Part shown: in pieces, positions 25,848-29,041 of the stretch
Numbering within the stretch: the first letter of the stretch is position 1
Layout: the number at the start of each line of letters is the position of its first letter
Source of the DNA: Thermodesulfobacteriota bacterium
GTDB taxonomy: Bacteria > Desulfobacterota_D > UBA1144 > Nemesobacterales > JAZGCJ01
Assembly (NCBI GenBank): GCA_036476895.1
Contig: JAZGCJ010000206.1
Location: forward strand, 1-29,041
DNA: 29,041 nt
Direction: 5' to 3'
Notes under the pieces: generated by a model
The model's database searches: none
What the model saw: the letters and a program-made list of their open reading frames with translations, nothing else
Told to the model about the DNA's origin: nothing
Position numbers and translations under genes: made by a program

Positions 25848-26047
25848 AGAAATTAATAAGTATGACCGTAGATATTGAGTTCGGGCTTCCAGTTGTTTTA
25901 TTGAAAAAAGGTGATATCATAGAAGTTGAACCTCATAAGTCAATTCCTAATGCTTATCATGTTTTCTTTAACGATAAACGAACCGAAAGTGAATTATTGT
26001 TAAATGAACCCGCAATATTTGAAAGAGTTAATGAAGCAGCAGCATGA
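25844..26047 (+). CDS. hypothetical protein (67 aa)
   Basis: ATGA coupling. Confidence 0.5.
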   Translation: MKKLISMTVDIEFGLPVVLLKKGDIIEVEPHKSIPNAYHVFFNDKRTESELLLNEPAIFERVNEAAA

Positions 26048-26400
26048 GTATCAATCCGAACGTCTATCAATTAAAGGACCCCAAGACTAAAGCTATTCTT
26101 GTGGGGACACATGGTGTTGGTGGAATTCAGATTACTGTTTCTTGTTACAATAAGTTGTACGATAAGTTATCGTATGCACCCGATAACTTAATCGGAATGG
26201 TTTTTGAGGAGTCCTTGCGAGGTGAGAAATCATTTGCAAAGGTCACATCGTTTGGTAGTCATAAGTGGATGAGTAAGAGGAAAAATGAGACCTTCTCAAC
26301 TTTATGTTATGAGGCGGTCCAGTTGGAGGTGTTCAAAGATAATTTATCGACCATAGAAGCTGTTGAGGAGCATAACAAGAAATTTAAGGAGAAGAAGTGA
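26044..26400 (+). CDS. hypothetical protein (118 aa)
   Basis: ATGA coupling. Confidence 0.55.
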   Translation: MSINPNVYQLKDPKTKAILVGTHGVGGIQITVSCYNKLYDKLSYAPDNLIGMVFEESLRGEKSFAKVTSFGSHKWMSKRKNETFSTLCYEAVQLEVFKDNLSTIEAVEEHNKKFKEKK

Positions 26401-26717
26401 GGGAGATATTGCTGGCAGCATTGATAGCCGGACAATTTGGACTTGCCTCGGTATCCGAGACACCTATAACAATTGAATTATATGCAATGAATTGTCAAAA
26501 AGTTGCAGATTTTACAGCAATAACAGTTATCATTCCAGAGGATAGTTATATGATTTATCGTAGTGATAAACAAAGTCTCAAAGCCTCAACTTGGAAGTTG
26601 GAAGGAATTCAGGAAATTAGAGTTACGGCAAAGAAGAATAAATGGATTTTTGTTCGGGGGAAAGATGGTAAATTCAAAGAAGTAGAACAAAGTGTCTGCG
26701 GGACGATAATTTCATGA
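26397..26717 (+). CDS. hypothetical secreted/periplasmic protein (signal-like N-terminus)
   Basis: GTG start; MREILLAALIAGQFGLASVSE. Confidence 0.45.
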   Translation: MREILLAALIAGQFGLASVSETPITIELYAMNCQKVADFTAITVIIPEDSYMIYRSDKQSLKASTWKLEGIQEIRVTAKKNKWIFVRGKDGKFKEVEQSVCGTIIS

Positions 26718-27019
26718 GGAACAAAAAGGATTTGAAATATTGGCAGGATGTGGGGGAATTAGTTAAAGAGATTTTTCTATCGACGGAGAAGTGCTCGTGT
26801 AACTTAATCATAGAGTTGATGGAGGAAGAAGAAGATTGGGGAAAGCATCAACCCTGTCATTATTGTCAATTGATAGCGGTTATCAAACACACGTTGCTCA
26901 ATTATTATGAAAAATCCATCAAAAGGGCTGACGTTGTAGAGGTTTTGATGGAATACAACATCCAGAATTTGGAGATAATCGAGGCTATTGAAGCCGTCGA
27001 TCAGTTGAAAAAAGAGTAA
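26714..27019 (+). CDS. NNLEAID-tag family protein, Cys-containing (…MEYNIQNLEIIEAIEAVDQLKKE)
   Basis: Conserved module; ATGA coupling. Confidence 0.55.
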   Translation: MRNKKDLKYWQDVGELVKEIFLSTEKCSCNLIIELMEEEEDWGKHQPCHYCQLIAVIKHTLLNYYEKSIKRADVVEVLMEYNIQNLEIIEAIEAVDQLKKE

Positions 27020-27224
27020 CATGTTTCACCACGAATCAGGTAATTTGTAATATTATCTGATTAATATATAGGGTATTGTGACCCTACAAATAAATTAAAA
27101 AGGTATAAAAAGTGGTGAAATCCTGGACTCCGACACATAATAAGCAAGCCGATTTAGGCATCTTCGGATAAGTCCGGTCTACATATAGGTAGACCGTACT
27201 CATGCGGTTTACCACTCTCTACAT

Positions 27225-27256
27225 CCAGTTTGGTAAACCCAAAACTGGATTTTTTA
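27225..27256 (+). terminator. rho-independent terminator
   Basis: CCAGTTT…AAACTGG 7-bp stem followed by ATTTTTTAT; an 8-bp perfect hairpin CGGTCTAC-ATATAG-GTAGACCG lies at 27175-27196 just upstream. Confidence 0.55.
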
Positions 27257-27263
27257 TATTACA

Positions 27264-27336
27264 GCCCATGTAACTCAGATGGTAGAGTGCCTGTTTGAAG
27301 CACAGGTGGTCGCAAGCTCGAACCTTGCCGTGGGCA
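27264..27336 (+). tRNA. tRNA-Phe (anticodon GAA)
   Basis: Manual fold: acceptor GCCCATG/CGTGGGC, D-stem ACTC/GAGT, anticodon stem CCTGT/ACAGG, loop TTGAAGC, T-stem GCAAG/CTTGC; no encoded CCA. Confidence 0.7.
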
Positions 27337-27337
27337 C

Positions 27338-27411
27338 GCCGAATTAGTACAATGGTAGTACACGTCATTGGTAATGATGAGATATGAGTTCAATTCTCGT
27401 ATTCGGCTCCA
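27338..27411 (+). tRNA. tRNA with anticodon GGU (Thr)
   Basis: Acceptor GCCGAAT/ATTCGGC, D GTAC/GTAC, anticodon stem CGTCA/TGATG, loop TTGGTAA, T-loop TTCAATT, encoded CCA. Confidence 0.65.
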
Positions 27412-27412
27412 T

Positions 27413-27486
27413 GCCACCATAGCTCAATAGTAGAGCAATGCTTTTGTAAAGCGAAGACGAGGGAGCGTTACCTTCTGGTGGCTCCA
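27413..27486 (+). tRNA. atypical tRNA, anticodon UGU (Thr) as folded
   Basis: Perfect acceptor GCCACCA/TGGTGGC and D-arm GCTC/GAGC. Anticodon stem has one mismatch (ATGCT/AGCGA); loop TTTGTAA; T-loop AGCGTTA is non-canonical; encoded CCA. Confidence 0.45.
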
Positions 27487-27491
27487 GATTT

Positions 27492-27803
27492 ATGTTCAAC
27501 AAAATAAAGCGTTGGTATATAGACTTTTGTAAAAGACATTCAACGGCTGTGGGGATTGTCGAGTTAGAAGATTATATCATTCCTTCAGGGCATTCAGTTT
27601 TTACAAATTTGCATGGTTGGTGGACTCCACCAAATGAAGTTTTAGAGTTTTGGGCAGCAGGATGCAAATATCGATACCTCAGTGATAATTGGTGGTTTAT
27701 TGACTTAGTGTTAGCATCTAAAGAAGCGGATACGGATATTGAAAAGATAAAACAGTCGTATGAGAAAGCAATTCAAGATTTTTATCGAATCAATGCTTTG
27801 TAA
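27492..27803 (+). CDS. hypothetical protein (103 aa), Trp-rich
   Basis: ATG 6 nt after the tRNA CCA; stop abuts the next tRNA. Confidence 0.55.
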   Translation: MFNKIKRWYIDFCKRHSTAVGIVELEDYIIPSGHSVFTNLHGWWTPPNEVLEFWAAGCKYRYLSDNWWFIDLVLASKEADTDIEKIKQSYEKAIQDFYRINAL

Positions 27804-27877
27804 GCCTCAATAGTTTAATGGAAGAATTCTCGTTTCGTAATCGAGGGATGCCAGTCCGATTCTGGCTTGAGGCTCCA
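27804..27877 (+). tRNA. tRNA, anticodon CGU (Thr) as folded
   Basis: Acceptor GCCTCAA/TTGAGGC, T-arm GCCAG-TCCGATT-CTGGC, anticodon stem CTCGT/TCGAG with U:U at 31:39, loop TTCGTAA; weak D-stem; encoded CCA. Confidence 0.5.
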
Positions 27878-27970
27878 GATTTTCGTCGCCGGAGACCCTT
27901 TTCACCCTTTCGAGGTCTTGTGGACTTCAAAGGCGAAGGGTTGTCAGAAGTCTGACGGTGACACTAATTT

Positions 27971-28312
27971 ATGAATCGATTCGAAAAAGTCCGAGACTTA
28001 GTTAAAGATATAGCAGCTAGGAAATGTAACAAAATTGACGAATACAATAATTTTGTTACAACTTTTCCGACAATTATCAGCATATATGTTGAACATATGA
28101 AATTCTGTAAAGAAAAAGAAAGTCCAATCTTCACTCATCATACTGCAAGAATATCTACGAAACAAGCAAATGAGTTAAGAGAGGAGTGGAGAGATGAATT
28201 TATCAAAACGTGTAAATATCCACACTATAATTTAAACAATTTAGAAATTATTGAACTGCACGATTTATTAGTAAAGTTAAAATTTTTAGAATCAACAAAT
28301 TTGGGGCTGTAG
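27971..28312 (+). CDS. NNLEAID-tag family protein (…KYPHYNLNNLEIIELHDLLVKLKFL…)
   Basis: Conserved module; TAG stop overlaps the first bases of tRNA-Ala. Confidence 0.55.
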   Translation: MNRFEKVRDLVKDIAARKCNKIDEYNNFVTTFPTIISIYVEHMKFCKEKESPIFTHHTARISTKQANELREEWRDEFIKTCKYPHYNLNNLEIIELHDLLVKLKFLESTNLGL

Positions 28313-28379
28313 CTCAATTAGGGAGAGCACTCCGCTTGCAACGGAAAGGTTGTGGGTTCGATTCCCACTAGCTCCACCA
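28303..28379 (+). tRNA. tRNA-Ala (anticodon UGC) with G3:U70
   Basis: Acceptor GGGGCTG/TAGCTCC gives the G3:U70 alanine identity pair; anticodon loop CTTGCAA; T-arm GTGGG-TTCGATT-CCCAC; encoded CCA. Confidence 0.8.
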
Positions 28380-28384
28380 ATTTT

Positions 28385-28534
28385 ATGAAAAGACGAACAC
28401 TTGAAATCATCTTATGGATTATTTTACCCTTCTGGATGATAGCAGCAGATTATGTTGCTGTAGATGGATTTCATACGAAACTTATTATGAAGAAAGTTTC
28501 TCAAATTTATGAGACAATTAAAAGTAGGAGATAA
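28385..28534 (+). CDS. small membrane protein (49 aa)
   Basis: ATG 6 nt after the tRNA CCA; IILWIILPFWMIAADYVAV. Confidence 0.35.
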   Translation: MKRRTLEIILWIILPFWMIAADYVAVDGFHTKLIMKKVSQIYETIKSRR

Positions 28535-28675
28535 AGTTTATTCGCTATATTTCAATCAAGAGATCACAATCGTGAAGATTGTAGATGATAATAACTGGGA
28601 GTTTGAGATCCAAGGTCATATTGAGAAAGCAAAAACTCCGCTATCATATTTTGAACGAAAAGCGAAATAATTTCT

Positions 28676-28749
28676 GGTTGTATGGTGTAGTGGCAGCACG
28701 TTAGCCTGTCAAGCTAAAAGTGGGGGTCCAATTCCCCCTATGACCGCCA
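28676..28749 (+). tRNA. tRNA-Asp (anticodon GUC)
   Basis: Acceptor GGTTGTA/TATGACC, D GTGT/GCAC, anticodon stem TTAGC/GCTAA, loop CTGTCAA, T-arm GGGGG-TCCAATT-CCCCC, encoded CCA. Confidence 0.75.
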
Positions 28750-28755
28750 GATTTT

Positions 28756-29041
28756 ATGAAGAAACTTAAGAGTAAAAGTAAAAATGATTTTCAGAAACGC
28801 TTTGGCATTTCTGCCATAGCGGTTAGGAGTCGTTTACAGCGGATTTTAATTCGTCAATTATTGAAAGAGTTAGGACGATTTAAATGTTATCGATGTAAAT
28901 TATCACTAAATAATGATGATTATACCATTGATCATAAGATTCCTTGGGCATATGCTACAAATGGATTAGAACTATTTTTAGATTATAAAAATATCGCATT
29001 TTCTCATTTTAGTTGTAATGCGAAACATGCAAGAACTAATA
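28756..29041 (+). CDS. HNH endonuclease (phage homing-endonuclease-like), 3' end cut by the window edge
   Basis: ATG 7 nt after the tRNA-Asp CCA; …YTIDHKIPWAYATNGLELFLDYKNIAFSHFSCNAKHA… is an H-N-H motif; runs open to the end of the window. Confidence 0.55.
   Translation, partial: MKKLKSKSKNDFQKRFGISAIAVRSRLQRILIRQLLKELGRFKCYRCKLSLNNDDYTIDHKIPWAYATNGLELFLDYKNIAFSHFSCNAKHARTN

Noticed and set aside
1-29041. Prophage / integrative element interpretation (integrase, att sites next to tRNAs)
   Set aside because: No tyrosine or serine recombinase motifs and no excisionase. No direct repeats flank the tRNAs. Gene organisation (unidirectional, micro-ORF-rich, own tRNAs, HNH endonucleases) fits a virulent phage early region better.

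Overview
The window is a dense, single-strand (+) block of about 75 mostly small genes with short overlaps or ATGA/TAATG stop-start junctions, typical translational coupling. Shine-Dalgarno sites are strong (AAAGGAGG, TAGGAGG, GGGAGG). I found three host-type sigma70/sigA promoters: TGGACA-17-TG-TATAAT, TTGACA-16-TATACT and TTGATA-16-TATACT. GC content is low. I read this as an early/accessory region of a large virulent phage infecting a low-GC bacterium; there is no integrase, and no DNA-packaging gene (terminase) or phage structural gene is recognisable.

Products I recognise from motifs:
- a CspA-family cold-shock protein
- a calcineurin-like metallophosphoesterase
- a classical AAA+ ATPase with an unassigned 230-aa N-domain
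- an SPFH/band-7 (prohibitin-like) membrane protein
- an Endonuclease-VII-type HNH nuclease in an AT-rich islet
- a DEDDh 3'-5' exonuclease
- a type-IV (pseudo)pilin-like protein followed by a lipoprotein
- a HExxH metallopeptidase-like protein
- a HAD (NT5C-like) hydrolase interrupted by an in-frame TAG
- a 3'-truncated second HNH endonuclease at the window edge

Six tRNA genes sit at 27.2-28.8 kb (Phe-GAA, three with Thr-type anticodons, Ala-UGC with G3:U70, Asp-GUC), interleaved with small ORFs.

Most striking points:
- At least 12 otherwise unrelated small proteins scattered across the window share a conserved C-terminal module of about 25 aa, roughly [KR]-x-h-I-K-h-x-x-NNLEAIDLL-x3-G-h-L. 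Their DNA differs synonymously, so the conservation is protein-level and they form a paralogous C-terminal-tag family.
- A 608-aa protein at 18534-20360 has a C-terminal TerD-like domain. It is the only isolated transcription unit: three copies of a 17-nt AAAGrGAGTTCCTATAA motif with UUCG-tetraloop hairpins lie upstream and a strong terminator lies downstream.
- A 330-nt intergenic stretch at 21873-22210 has the features of a structured ncRNA (GNRA hairpin, tRNA T-arm-like hairpin, long-range complementarity).

All calls rest on motifs and pattern recognition only. No database search was possible.
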